This document shows, piece by piece, positions 39,076 to 48,251 of a DNA stretch of 64,000 bases (position 1 is the first letter of the stretch; each line of letters opens with the position of its first letter). The stretch covers positions 880-64,879 of the forward strand of contig JBBTRX010000002.1 in the NCBI GenBank assembly GCA_038064975.1, read 5' to 3'. The stretch comes from Patescibacteria group bacterium. GTDB lineage: Bacteria > Patescibacteriota > Minisyncoccia > UBA6257 > 1-14-0-10-40-38. Below the pieces are notes generated by a model. It was not told where the DNA came from. It saw nothing but the letters and a program-made list of their open reading frames with translations, and did not search any database. The translations under genes were made by a program, and so were the position numbers.

Positions 39076-40896
39076 TCAGGAATTATAAATCTCTTTAGAG
39101 ATGAGGTCAAATTCTGCGGAGATTCGCTGAAATTCCGCAAGTGCCTCCTGGAGAGCCTTTTCGTCATGGGCCGCCTCTGCTTCCCGTATGCGCGCTTGGA
39201 TCCTTTCCCGCTCAAGACGCATATGCTCTTTCTTTACATGTGCAGTTAAATCCGTAAGTTCCTTTTCCGCATCTTTTTCATCAACGGGGATAAGCCCGGC
39301 CTTGAGTGATGCCTCATCTAGTACAGCTCTCGCATCGGGACGGAGCATATCCATAGATGTTTTACCCGCAAGTGCGAAGAGCGCCTCCTGATATTTTGCG
39401 GGGAGGAAATTAACGAGTAAAGCAATTTTGGTCCTAGCTGCCTCGTTTGCAGAAGCAAGCGTAATCAACCGTTCCGCGATGAGCTCGTGGCGATTCAATG
39501 GCTCTCTCGGAGTAGATTGAGAGGGAGTAGTATTCCCCTCACTCGGTTTCTTTGTTTTAGACTTAATTGATTTCAAGTCACCAAACAACGCTTCTTCCGG
39601 AAATCCTGAAAATTTTGAAAGTTCTTGAATCCAGTACGCACGCTCCACTTGGCTTTCTATGGGATCAATTTTTTCAAGTACTGATCGTATAGAACGCTTT
39701 TTCTCTGTAATATCCGCATTCTTCATTATCCCGTACCGCTCAAAATAAAATCTCATAGCAGGAACCCCTTGAGTGACGAGTGTTACGGCTGATGCCGGAT
39801 TCTCTAATACAAGATCCGCTGGGTCTTTAGCCGTACCGCCTAGGGCATGGATTACAGTTACGGAGAAATCTTGATGGTGTGCCAGATCAATCGCACGTTC
39901 CGTAGCCGCTTTGCCGGCTTCATCAGCGTCAAAGAAAATTGTAAGAGCATCCGCTATTTTTCGAATCGGCTTTAAATGATCGGGAGTAAGCGCCGTCCCG
40001 GAAGTCGCAACAACATTTCTTACGCCTGCTTGCCAGAGCATTAAGAAATCCATTTGCCCTTCAACGAGCAGAGATGATTTTGCTTCCCGAATTCCTGCCT
40101 TCGCTTTAAAAAATCCAAAAAGGAGTTTTGATTTTTGGAAAATCGGAGTCTCGGGCGAATTCACATACTTGGCCACCGAAGCTCCGCTCTGCGAAGCGGA
40201 GGCGGCTTTGGCACCCTCATGGCCCTCAGCATGCTCTGCTTCTTCAGAAGGGATGACACGACCAGTAAACCCAACGACTTTCCCAAAATGATTATGAATC
40301 GGAAACATAACTCTACCCCGAAAACGATCCCAATAGGTACCGCGATCTGTTTTAAAAACAAATCCCGCTGTTTCAATATCACGCATAGAAAATCCTGCTG
40401 ACCCAAGATGGCGCGCCAAGGCATCCTGCGTATTCGGAGCAAAACCAACTTCAAACGTTTGTATCGTTTCATTCGCAAGCCCTCGGCCCGCAAGATATTT
40501 CCGAACAGATTCCGCGGCCGCGGTCTCACTTTGGAGCGTATTTTTAAAAAAATCTTTTGCTGCGCGATTTACATCATAGAGCACGGCGTAATGCCGCTCG
40601 TCCGTTGTTCCTTCTGTACGCACGTCTATACCCGCACGCTCACCTAAAATCTTCAATGCTTCTAGAAATTCAATATTTTCATATTGCATGACAAAACTAA
40701 TCACGTCCCCGCCCTGACCGCATCCAAAGCAATGCCAGGAACCGCGATCAGGCGAAACGATAAATGAAGGGGTTTTCTCTTTATGAAAAGGGCAGCGTGC
40801 CCGAAAATTCTTTCCCGCAGGGGTAAGTTCAATATATCCGCGGACAATATCCGCGATATCCAAACGCTCTTTAATAAGTTCTGCTGTGCCAGCCAT
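39076..40896 (-). CDS. dnaG: DNA primase
   Basis: CPFHKEKTPSF, CFGC, KYVNSPET, VEGQMD, DADEAG. Confidence 0.97.
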   Translation of the reverse strand: MAGTAELIKERLDIADIVRGYIELTPAGKNFRARCPFHKEKTPSFIVSPDRGSWHCFGCGQGGDVISFVMQYENIEFLEALKILGERAGIDVRTEGTTDERHYAVLYDVNRAAKDFFKNTLQSETAAAESVRKYLAGRGLANETIQTFEVGFAPNTQDALARHLGSAGFSMRDIETAGFVFKTDRGTYWDRFRGRVMFPIHNHFGKVVGFTGRVIPSEEAEHAEGHEGAKAASASQSGASVAKYVNSPETPIFQKSKLLFGFFKAKAGIREAKSSLLVEGQMDFLMLWQAGVRNVVATSGTALTPDHLKPIRKIADALTIFFDADEAGKAATERAIDLAHHQDFSVTVIHALGGTAKDPADLVLENPASAVTLVTQGVPAMRFYFERYGIMKNADITEKKRSIRSVLEKIDPIESQVERAYWIQELSKFSGFPEEALFGDLKSIKSKTKKPSEGNTTPSQSTPREPLNRHELIAERLITLASANEAARTKIALLVNFLPAKYQEALFALAGKTSMDMLRPDARAVLDEASLKAGLIPVDEKDAEKELTDLTAHVKKEHMRLERERIQARIREAEAAHDEKALQEALAEFQRISAEFDLISKEIYNS

Positions 40897-40996
40897 AAGG
40901 TTAAGAAAGTACCTTATATATACCACATTTACACCCCAAAAGCCCTAAATGAGGAGAACTTGCACTTTTGCCTGATATACCGTAAACTCTTTCGGT

Positions 40997-41269
40997 ATGA
41001 GAAATTGCGCTCACTGCCAAAAAACATCAGCAATGGGAGGAACGCGGAAATTGCTTCGCGGCCATTACAATCCCACCAATTGGAGTCGGAAATATCCAAA
41101 CCTCCAGAAATCACGCCTTCCGAACGGAAAACGCGCGCTTTTGTGCACCCAGTGCATGAGAACCTTCGCACGAGACGCCAATAAAAAAGGTTTAGTAAAA
41201 ACCGCACCGCATATAACAACTCTTGCGCCCGCCGAAGAAAATAAGAATCTAGAAAAAGCAGTAGCATAA
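40997..41269 (+). CDS. rpmB: 50S ribosomal protein L28 (Zn-type, C-terminal extension)
   Basis: CAHCQK...KYPNLQ...CTQCMR. Confidence 0.85.
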   Translation: MRNCAHCQKTSAMGGTRKLLRGHYNPTNWSRKYPNLQKSRLPNGKRALLCTQCMRTFARDANKKGLVKTAPHITTLAPAEENKNLEKAVA

Positions 41270-41390
41270 AAAAGCGCGTAATACGCGCTTTTTTGTTGCG
41301 GTACTCCAAGAAAAACGATATGCTCGTCATAGCAATAAGAGATAGTTCTTAGCATTCCATTGTTATGAATAGCTTAGGAAGAGTGTTATA

Positions 41391-41464
41391 CGGAGTGTAG
41401 TATAGTGGCAGTACGCAAGGCTGGGGGTCTTGTAGCCCGGGTCCGATTCCCGGCACTCCGACCA
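41391..41464 (+). tRNA. tRNA-Pro(GGG)
   Basis: CGGAGTG/CACTCCG acceptor stem, CTGGGGG anticodon loop, ACCA end. Confidence 0.93.
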
Positions 41465-41503
41465 CTGTTACATTGTTAATGATACTAGTAATAAAGAACG
41501 ATT

Positions 41504-42244
41504 ATGAAAAAAATCACCATAGGCGCACTATTTCTCGGAATCGCCGTTGTAGCCGGAATATCTCTCTTCAATACGGATATTTTTAAATCTGAAGCAGAAA
41601 TTGACCTTCCACTTGGCGCAGATGTTTCGGAGACGATAGAAAAAGATTCGGAATCCGAAATACCAGGCTTCTTTATGACAGACATTCCTTTTATTTCCCA
41701 AGCGCCCCTCCTTGATTGGAGCTGGCCATTCAAAACCTCTTGCGAAGAAACTTCGCTTCTCATGGCACATAAATATCTCACTGGAGAAGCGATAACGCCC
41801 GAGACATCACAGGCAGAGATCCTTGCTATCGTTGATTTTGAAAAAGAAAACTATACCATCTCGAGCGGAAGCGCCGCCGCTCAAATTGCTCGACTTGCAC
41901 GCGATTACTTTAAATTTGATGCAGAAGTCCGCTACGATATAACACTGGACGATATCAAGCGCGAAATGGTCGCTGGCAATCTCGTTCTCATCCCAACCGC
42001 TGGCCGCGAACTCCAGAACCCCTACTTCAAATCCCCCGGCCCCATTTATCACATGGTTATCATGAAAGGATATACGCCGACTGGATTCATCGTGAATGAA
42101 CCGGGCACGCGGTATGGCGCTGACTACGTGTATTCAAATGAAATTTTGGAACAAGCGATACGCGACGTCACGATGAAGGATTGGGATGTTCCTATCGCTG
42201 TAACTAATAGAACCGCGATGGTAGTTATTAATGTAAATAAATAA
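41504..42244 (+). CDS. Exported C39-like cysteine peptidase
   Basis: Signal anchor; IPFISQAP..SCEETS; YHMVIMKGY; VNEPGTR. Confidence 0.8.
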   Translation: MKKITIGALFLGIAVVAGISLFNTDIFKSEAEIDLPLGADVSETIEKDSESEIPGFFMTDIPFISQAPLLDWSWPFKTSCEETSLLMAHKYLTGEAITPETSQAEILAIVDFEKENYTISSGSAAAQIARLARDYFKFDAEVRYDITLDDIKREMVAGNLVLIPTAGRELQNPYFKSPGPIYHMVIMKGYTPTGFIVNEPGTRYGADYVYSNEILEQAIRDVTMKDWDVPIAVTNRTAMVVINVNK

Positions 42245-42257
42245 TACTTAAAAAACT

Positions 42258-42824
42258 ATGCTTAAAATTGGAGACTCATTACCAGCAAAGCTTTCTACTG
42301 CCGCATTTCAGAATGATAAGGAAATAAAAATTGATTTTGATAAATATCGAGGAAAGTGGCTCGCTATCATCTTTTATCCTGCGGATTTCACATTCGTTTG
42401 CCCAACCGAATTAGAAGAAGCGGCTCATTTGTATCCAGAATTTAAAAAACTTGGCGCAGAAGTAATGTCAGTTTCTACGGACACGGTATTCGTCCACAAA
42501 GCTTGGCACGATCACTCCCCTGCTATTAAGAAAATAAAATTTCCCATGCTTGCCGATCCTACGGGAAAGCTATGCCAACTCTTCGGAACCTACATAGAAG
42601 AAGAAGGACTCTCCCTCCGTGGAAGCTTTCTTATTAACCCTGAAGGTAAACTGGTAGTAATGGAAATCAATCACAATGACATCGGACGCAATGGCAAAGA
42701 ATTACTCCGCAAGCTTCAAGCCGCAAAATTTGTAAATGAACATAAAGGGCTTGTATGTCCCGCAAGCTGGGAGCCAGGCAAGAAAACATTAAAGCCAGGC
42801 ATGGATTTGGTTGGCGAGATATAG
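42258..42824 (+). CDS. ahpC: Peroxiredoxin AhpC
   Basis: FYPADFTFVCPTE; VCPASW. Confidence 0.96.
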   Translation: MLKIGDSLPAKLSTAAFQNDKEIKIDFDKYRGKWLAIIFYPADFTFVCPTELEEAAHLYPEFKKLGAEVMSVSTDTVFVHKAWHDHSPAIKKIKFPMLADPTGKLCQLFGTYIEEEGLSLRGSFLINPEGKLVVMEINHNDIGRNGKELLRKLQAAKFVNEHKGLVCPASWEPGKKTLKPGMDLVGEI

Positions 42825-42831
42825 CTCCGAC

Positions 42832-42950
42832 ATCTCTCACAAGAACCGGCGTTGCTCATACTCCAGCGGTATGAGCCCGCCTGCCTCTCGTGCTCGCGAC
42901 TCTCACGAGACCAAGCTCGCTCGCACTCCGAGAACTTCTTGTAGAGAGAT
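42832..42950. repeat. Palindromic REP/RPE-like element
   Basis: ATCTCTC-ACAAGAA / TTCTTGTAGAGAGAT; reverse-strand GCAGGCG...GAGCAACGC. Confidence 0.6.
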
Positions 42951-43039
42951 ATCCTCGCTTAGATGTCTAAAGGTAAACTCGCTTGTAGTGTTGTGAGGCA
43001 ATAAACGGCTCAGGGGTGCGTGAGTTGTTTCTATAAAAA

Positions 43040-43068
43040 TTGACAAATATATCTTCTTATGCTAATAT
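43040..43068 (+). promoter_or_regulatory. sigma70 promoter of orphan gene
   Basis: TTGACA-17-TAATAT. Confidence 0.7.
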
Positions 43069-43150
43069 AAGGACCGGCGTTGCGGTCCCTTTTTAGGACC
43101 ATCCAACGACAGAAGCCCTCTTTGAAAACTACACAAGAAAGGAGCGCGTC

Positions 43151-44272
43151 ATGGCGCAACCCTGTCACACGATCGCATCACACCACAGATCCCACTGGGA
43201 TGAAGTGGTGGCACGCGTCATCTTCCAGAAATACGGAGACCATCTCTTCCCAGGAGCAAGCGAAGCCAAGCTCGTCTTCTGGAAAAACGGTGATACTCCC
43301 GACGGGAGACCCGCAAGCGCATGGGAAGCCGAAGGAGTGATTCCCATCGGAGTCGGCCATGGCCGCTTCGACGAACACCTCGCGACTGGCGGTCGCATTC
43401 CGAAAGAATGCGCAACAACGCTCGTTGTCAAAGCATTTGGTATCTTCGATGGCTCCTCTCCGGAGTTCTATCGATTGATTCTCTTCACGCTAGCAACGGA
43501 CGAAGGCCCCGCACAGCATCCCTTCGACGTTTCCGGTGTCCTGAAGGCGATTCACAAACGCCATCCGGAAAACCCCGAGATCGGAGACTCATGGGCAGTG
43601 GAAGCCGTTCATGTCATCCTCACACCGAAAGGTGAATCTTTCGTCAATCTCGGAGCAATGCTCCGCGAGATGAGCATCGACGCCTCATCGCACGAGAAAC
43701 TGGTGCGATTCGCAAAACGAGTCGACACCCAGCCGCCCGAGAAACCGGACCATCCCTTTGACATCATGGCTATCTCACGGAAGATGCCTGATGCAGAAGC
43801 GAGAATCTGGCTCACGACAGCACTCGTCGCACTTCGCGACGGTCAACTGGAATTTACCGGAAGTGCGATTGAGTTCGCTCGCCACGCTACCATCCTGGAA
43901 GTGGATATCGGAAAACGTTTCCCGTTCCGCATCGCAACGATCGAATCGGAAAACGAACGGATCGCCTCGTTCGCCCGCAGCTCTCTCGGCTGTGAAGCAG
44001 CGATCGTGATCCAACGGCATCCGCGAAGCGGCATCACGCAGATCTCCACCGATCATCGCAAGGTGATGCAAGAACTGGCGGACGAGATCGCAAGATCAGT
44101 GATCGCTGCGGAACCGCAAGATGGCGGGCAGTGGTATTACCACGAAAAAGCTCGCGCCGTCTTGAACGGAAGCAGTTCACACCCAGACGTCACACCTTCC
44201 CAGCTTTCGCTCGATACGATCCAAGAGATCGTCGAGAGAGTCGTAAAGGCAAGCTCCCGCAAGTCTGCCTAA
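43151..44272 (+). CDS. Putative MYG1/DHH-like metal-dependent hydrolase
   Basis: SHHRSHWDE, GVGHGRFDEH, WYYH..LNGS; GC-rich codons; own terminator. Confidence 0.55.
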   Translation: MAQPCHTIASHHRSHWDEVVARVIFQKYGDHLFPGASEAKLVFWKNGDTPDGRPASAWEAEGVIPIGVGHGRFDEHLATGGRIPKECATTLVVKAFGIFDGSSPEFYRLILFTLATDEGPAQHPFDVSGVLKAIHKRHPENPEIGDSWAVEAVHVILTPKGESFVNLGAMLREMSIDASSHEKLVRFAKRVDTQPPEKPDHPFDIMAISRKMPDAEARIWLTTALVALRDGQLEFTGSAIEFARHATILEVDIGKRFPFRIATIESENERIASFARSSLGCEAAIVIQRHPRSGITQISTDHRKVMQELADEIARSVIAAEPQDGGQWYYHEKARAVLNGSSSHPDVTPSQLSLDTIQEIVERVVKASSRKSA

Positions 44273-44412
44273 ACGACTCGCTACAGAACCCCAAAGCCAA
44301 TCGGCGGTGGGGTTCTTCTTTTTTTCATAAGGATAATATTATGATAAAATGATGATTAATAGTATTTTCTCCACTATACCCCAGTCGCTAGTGGCTCAAC
44401 CTTATCTGATTC

Positions 44413-44982
44413 ATGTACGAACCAAAAAAATACGATCACCTTATCGGAACGCCGGGATTTAGTAATACGCTTCTCGCCAACCATTTCACGCTCTACGAAG
44501 GATACGTAAAAAACGTAAATACGCTTCTTGAGAAGCTAAAGAGTATAGAACCAAGCCCGGAAGCAAGCGAGCTTAAGCGCCGATTTGGATGGGAATGGAA
44601 TGGTATGCGTCTCCACGAATACTATTTTGGAAATATGACTCGGGAAGCGCAACAAGCAACAAGTGACTCACAACTGACAACAAAATTAAAAGAACAGTTT
44701 GGAAGCGTAGATGCTTGGGAGAAAGATTTCCGCAATACTGGCGCTATGCGCGGCATCGGCTGGACCATGTTAGTGCACGATCGATCAGCAAAGAAACTAA
44801 TGAATGTATGGGTTACAGAACATGATATGGGACACCTTGCCGGAACAGAACCTATTCTCGTGCTAGATGTCTTTGAACATGCATATATCACCGACTATGG
44901 CATTAAACGCGCAGACTACATTGAATCGTTTATGAAAGCCATTAATTGGCAAGAAACAGAGCAACGATTCAGAAATAGTTAA
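44413..44982 (+). CDS. Fe/Mn superoxide dismutase
   Basis: HFTLYEGYV, LHEYYF, LDVFEHAY. Confidence 0.92.
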   Translation: MYEPKKYDHLIGTPGFSNTLLANHFTLYEGYVKNVNTLLEKLKSIEPSPEASELKRRFGWEWNGMRLHEYYFGNMTREAQQATSDSQLTTKLKEQFGSVDAWEKDFRNTGAMRGIGWTMLVHDRSAKKLMNVWVTEHDMGHLAGTEPILVLDVFEHAYITDYGIKRADYIESFMKAINWQETEQRFRNS

Positions 44983-45054
44983 CCAGTGAAAGAGTTGATA
45001 AGCTGAAAGAAAAAAGACCCCTCGTGAGAGGGGTCTCTATATATTGAATATTTT

Positions 45055-45300
45055 CTATAGAAGTTTCTTAAAATCAAGATGTTGAGAGATTGTACATCTT
45101 CCCGGACAACCATCTGTTGGACACCAAATACCAACCATTTCTGATTGAGGGATAGAGCTAGAAAGACTAGCTGGAGTCCAATCAACTCTATCTTCTTCTT
45201 CAAGAATAAATTTTGTTTCGCAACATTCGCAAACACACTCCCTTCCAATCCACCATTTTTTAGTCGGCTGAGGTAATGACCCTTGTTTCAGGATCTTCAT
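45055..45300 (-). CDS. Small Zn-ribbon-like orphan protein
   Basis: CECC...CPTDGC; TTGATT-17-TATGCT promoter, AAGGAG SD, terminator near 45010..45036. Confidence 0.6.
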   Translation of the reverse strand: MKILKQGSLPQPTKKWWIGRECVCECCETKFILEEEDRVDWTPASLSSSIPQSEMVGIWCPTDGCPGRCTISQHLDFKKLL

Positions 45301-45405
45301 GGAGAGACTCCTTAGTGTGAGAGAAAAACGTCCTACACACGAGCATAAACCCGTTTTAATATTTAATCAAACTCCTACCCTATACCCTAGTGGCTAACCC
45401 CTATT

Positions 45406-46416
45406 CTATGCTCCAAAATTCCTCTTCCGCTTATTAAAATCTGCGAGCGCGACTTGAAATTGAGGGACACCGAAATCAGGAAATAGTTCCTCAGCAAAAT
45501 AAAGCTCGGCATATGCCGCTTGCCACGGCATTATTCCCGAAAGACGCTGTTCCCCGCTCGTGCGGATGATAAGATCTGGATCGGGAAAATTATGCGTATC
45601 AAGGGCGGAAGAAAACGCTTCTTCGCCGATTTCCGTTTGTGATCCGCGAAGTTGATTTGCAGCTCTTAGAATCTCATCTCTCCCACCATAGTCCAAAGCA
45701 AGACCCAGTGATCCTTTTTTATAGCGTCGCGTTGTTTCTTCGAGATTATGGAGTTCGGTTACGATATCCTGAGGTAAGCGATCTTTTCTCCCAAAATGTT
45801 TAAAGCTCGCTTCCTGTTCATGTAATTTTGTTTCAATGCGTTTTAGATATCCGCGAAAAATACGCATCAAATGATCTATTTCATATTTGCTCCTGTTCCA
45901 ATTTTCAGTTGAAAAACCCCACAGCGTAAAATAAGGAATCCCCTTTCGGATCGCCTCTTCTAAGAGTGCCATGGTCGTTTCCGCACCCTGCTCATGGCCC
46001 TTCGCGGCTTCCCTTCCCTGCTGTTTTGCCCATCTACGATTTCCGTCAGGAATAATCACAACGTGCTTCGGCACGATTTCTTTTTTTAAATAATGGTCGG
46101 ATAAATTTTTAAACGCGGCAATTTTATCACTGACATAATTTCCCTTCCGCTCAATACTGAATTCCGAAAAATCATTCCGGGCGTCCTCCCGTCTAAATTC
46201 CAGCGATTCAATTTTTGCGAGAGTGGAACCCGCATAGCACCAGTCCAAAAACTTTTTAAGGTTAGATTCTTCCCCTTCCGCAATCGCAAAAACACTCCCG
46301 TCAGATACATTTTCCGCAAAACCAAAAATACCGAGCTTATCGGCTTCTGATTTCATTCCTCTGCGCATAAGGACGCCCTGCACTCTTCCTTTTATAGTAA
46401 TGCTGATGCGTTTCAT
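45406..46416 (-). CDS. uppS: Acylphosphatase / undecaprenyl-diphosphate synthase fusion
   Basis: N-term GRVQGV..R, GFAENVSDGSV; C-term PKHVVIIPDGNRRWA, FSTENW, IRTSGEQRLS. Confidence 0.92.
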   Translation of the reverse strand: MKRISITIKGRVQGVLMRRGMKSEADKLGIFGFAENVSDGSVFAIAEGEESNLKKFLDWCYAGSTLAKIESLEFRREDARNDFSEFSIERKGNYVSDKIAAFKNLSDHYLKKEIVPKHVVIIPDGNRRWAKQQGREAAKGHEQGAETTMALLEEAIRKGIPYFTLWGFSTENWNRSKYEIDHLMRIFRGYLKRIETKLHEQEASFKHFGRKDRLPQDIVTELHNLEETTRRYKKGSLGLALDYGGRDEILRAANQLRGSQTEIGEEAFSSALDTHNFPDPDLIIRTSGEQRLSGIMPWQAAYAELYFAEELFPDFGVPQFQVALADFNKRKRNFGA

Positions 46417-46420
46417 CACA

Positions 46421-46948
46421 CTATGATAACTCTTCGCGTTTCGGTATAAGTTTCTTCATGATGTACGCCGCACCCATTCCAATGATCGCTCCCGCGAGTA
46501 TGTCCAACGGCCAATGAACTCCAGCCATGACGCGGGCAAGAGCGACAAGGGCTGCAAGCCCTAAAAAGATAGCTCCCCATTTTTTATGGACAAAAAATAT
46601 CGCCATTGCCACTCCAAACATAATAACCGCATGACTAGAGGGAAAACTAGGAGCTTGAGGAAGCGGAATTAACGGTTCAATTCCCAGCACGATCGGCGGA
46701 CGAAGGCGAGTATAAAAGAATTGTATGGCTTCATTAATAATCCCTTTTCCAAGAAGGAGCGTGAGAGAAACGAGAGAAAATGCCCAAAACTTCTTTTTCC
46801 AAGTCGGCTCTAAAAGAATAATAATAGCCGCACTGATTGCGATAAGATACGGCAGATAGCGCGCGAAGAAAATAATAAGCCCGTTGAGAAGAGGAGAAAT
46901 GTGCGCGACACCGAAGAGTAATGAAAATACAGTAGTATCAAATGTCAT
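46421..46948 (-). CDS. PAP2 family phosphatase (BcrC-like undecaprenyl-PP phosphatase)
   Basis: RLRP, SFPSSH, ARVMAGVHWPLDI. Confidence 0.9.
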   Translation of the reverse strand: MTFDTTVFSLLFGVAHISPLLNGLIIFFARYLPYLIAISAAIIILLEPTWKKKFWAFSLVSLTLLLGKGIINEAIQFFYTRLRPPIVLGIEPLIPLPQAPSFPSSHAVIMFGVAMAIFFVHKKWGAIFLGLAALVALARVMAGVHWPLDILAGAIIGMGAAYIMKKLIPKREELS

Positions 46949-47003
46949 TGCCCAGTACATAAACGATCATCCGCACACCTTAGTGCGGAAGAAGAAACCT
47001 ATA

Positions 47004-47204
47004 TTAGCGGCGGACGAAAGGAAGAATCCCCATAAATCTCGCGCGTTTAATTGCAGTCGCAAGGTGGCGCTGATGTTTCACGCAAGTACCTGTATAACGA
47101 GGATCCACGATCTTAGCTTGGCTTGAAACAAAACGCCGCAGGAGTTCCGTCTCCTTATAATCAATAATATTTACGTTCTGTGAGCAAAAGAAGCACTGTT
47201 GCAT
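47004..47204 (-). CDS. rpsR: 30S ribosomal protein S18
   Basis: CFFC, IDYKE, HQRHLATAIKRAR. Confidence 0.96.
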   Translation of the reverse strand: MQQCFFCSQNVNIIDYKETELLRRFVSSQAKIVDPRYTGTCVKHQRHLATAIKRARFMGILPFVRR

Positions 47205-47260
47205 AGTCAAATTAGAGTATAGGATTTAGGGTAAAAAGGCAAGACTTTCCGTTCTCTATC

Positions 47261-47704
47261 TTAGAACGGTAAATCCTCAGTATTAATCTCCTCATCCACG
47301 CTAATAACTGGAATATCGCTCTTAGATTCTTGCGAAATCGCCTCACGATCCGGTGCGGGCCTTGATCCTCCACCGCCGGAACGGGGCCCTAGCTGGAGCC
47401 GTTCCGTAACGATTTCCGTCACTTTATGTTTCACTCCCTGTTTATCGTCCCAAGCTCTCGTTTGCAAGCGTCCCTCTATAAAGACAAGTCCGCCCTTGGT
47501 AAGAAATTTACTCGCTACTTCAGCCTGGCGTCCCCACACAACAATATTGTGGAATTCCGTTGATTCCTGTTTCTGACCCTGTTTATCATTCCAAGTTCGA
47601 TTTGTAGCAATGCTAAACGTTGCAACCGCCTGACCGGTAGTAGTAGACCTGAGTTGTGGATCCGCAGTGAGCCTTCCGAAAAGTAAAACTTTATTGAGAT
47701 TCAT
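47261..47704 (-). CDS. ssb: Single-stranded DNA-binding protein
   Basis: NKVLLFGRL, IEGRLQTR, C-terminal DLPF. Confidence 0.97.
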   Translation of the reverse strand: MNLNKVLLFGRLTADPQLRSTTTGQAVATFSIATNRTWNDKQGQKQESTEFHNIVVWGRQAEVASKFLTKGGLVFIEGRLQTRAWDDKQGVKHKVTEIVTERLQLGPRSGGGGSRPAPDREAISQESKSDIPVISVDEEINTEDLPF

Positions 47705-47799
47705 AACATTAACGCATAACTCGCTACTTATAACTTACAACAAATGCCCTATCCTCGCAATTTTTTCTTCGTTGTTAGTGGTAAGTTTTTAGTTGTCAG

Positions 47800-48195
47800 T
47801 TATTTCAAGATTTCCTCAAGCCGTTGAGCGAGATCTTCGTTGCTTAAGACTGTTGATTCTGCCGGCTTTATCTTTTCTTGCGGACGCCGTTCACGTTCTG
47901 AACGCCGAGCGGAAGGAAGTTGACGGACGGTAATAAGAAATCGAATCACGTTTGCTTCCATGCGAAGCTGACTCTCTAAACCAGCCATACTCTCCGTGAC
48001 TGCGGAAAATACGATAAAACCAAAGAATGCTCTATTCTTTTTTTTGATGGTATACGCCAATTCCCGTTCGGTAACCGGAGACTCTTCTGTTATTGAAGCA
48101 CCGGCTTGAAGAAGCGCCTTTTTGATTATTTCAGCATGTTCTGCGCTTTCAAGCAGGAATCCTATTTCGTATATTTTCTTTACTGTTTCTTCCAT
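47800..48195 (-). CDS. rpsF: 30S ribosomal protein S6
   Basis: YEIGFLL, LAYTIKK, VIRFLI; rpsF-ssb-rpsR order. Confidence 0.9.
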   Translation of the reverse strand: MEETVKKIYEIGFLLESAEHAEIIKKALLQAGASITEESPVTERELAYTIKKKNRAFFGFIVFSAVTESMAGLESQLRMEANVIRFLITVRQLPSARRSERERRPQEKIKPAESTVLSNEDLAQRLEEILK

Positions 48196-48251
48196 AATTT
48201 TCGTTCCGTTACCGTATCACACTAGGGCGGTACGGCGCAAGGATAAGCCGC

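Noticed and set aside
40929-41355. Minus-strand ORFs of 133 and 96 aa
   Set aside because: Shadows of rpmB on the plus strand
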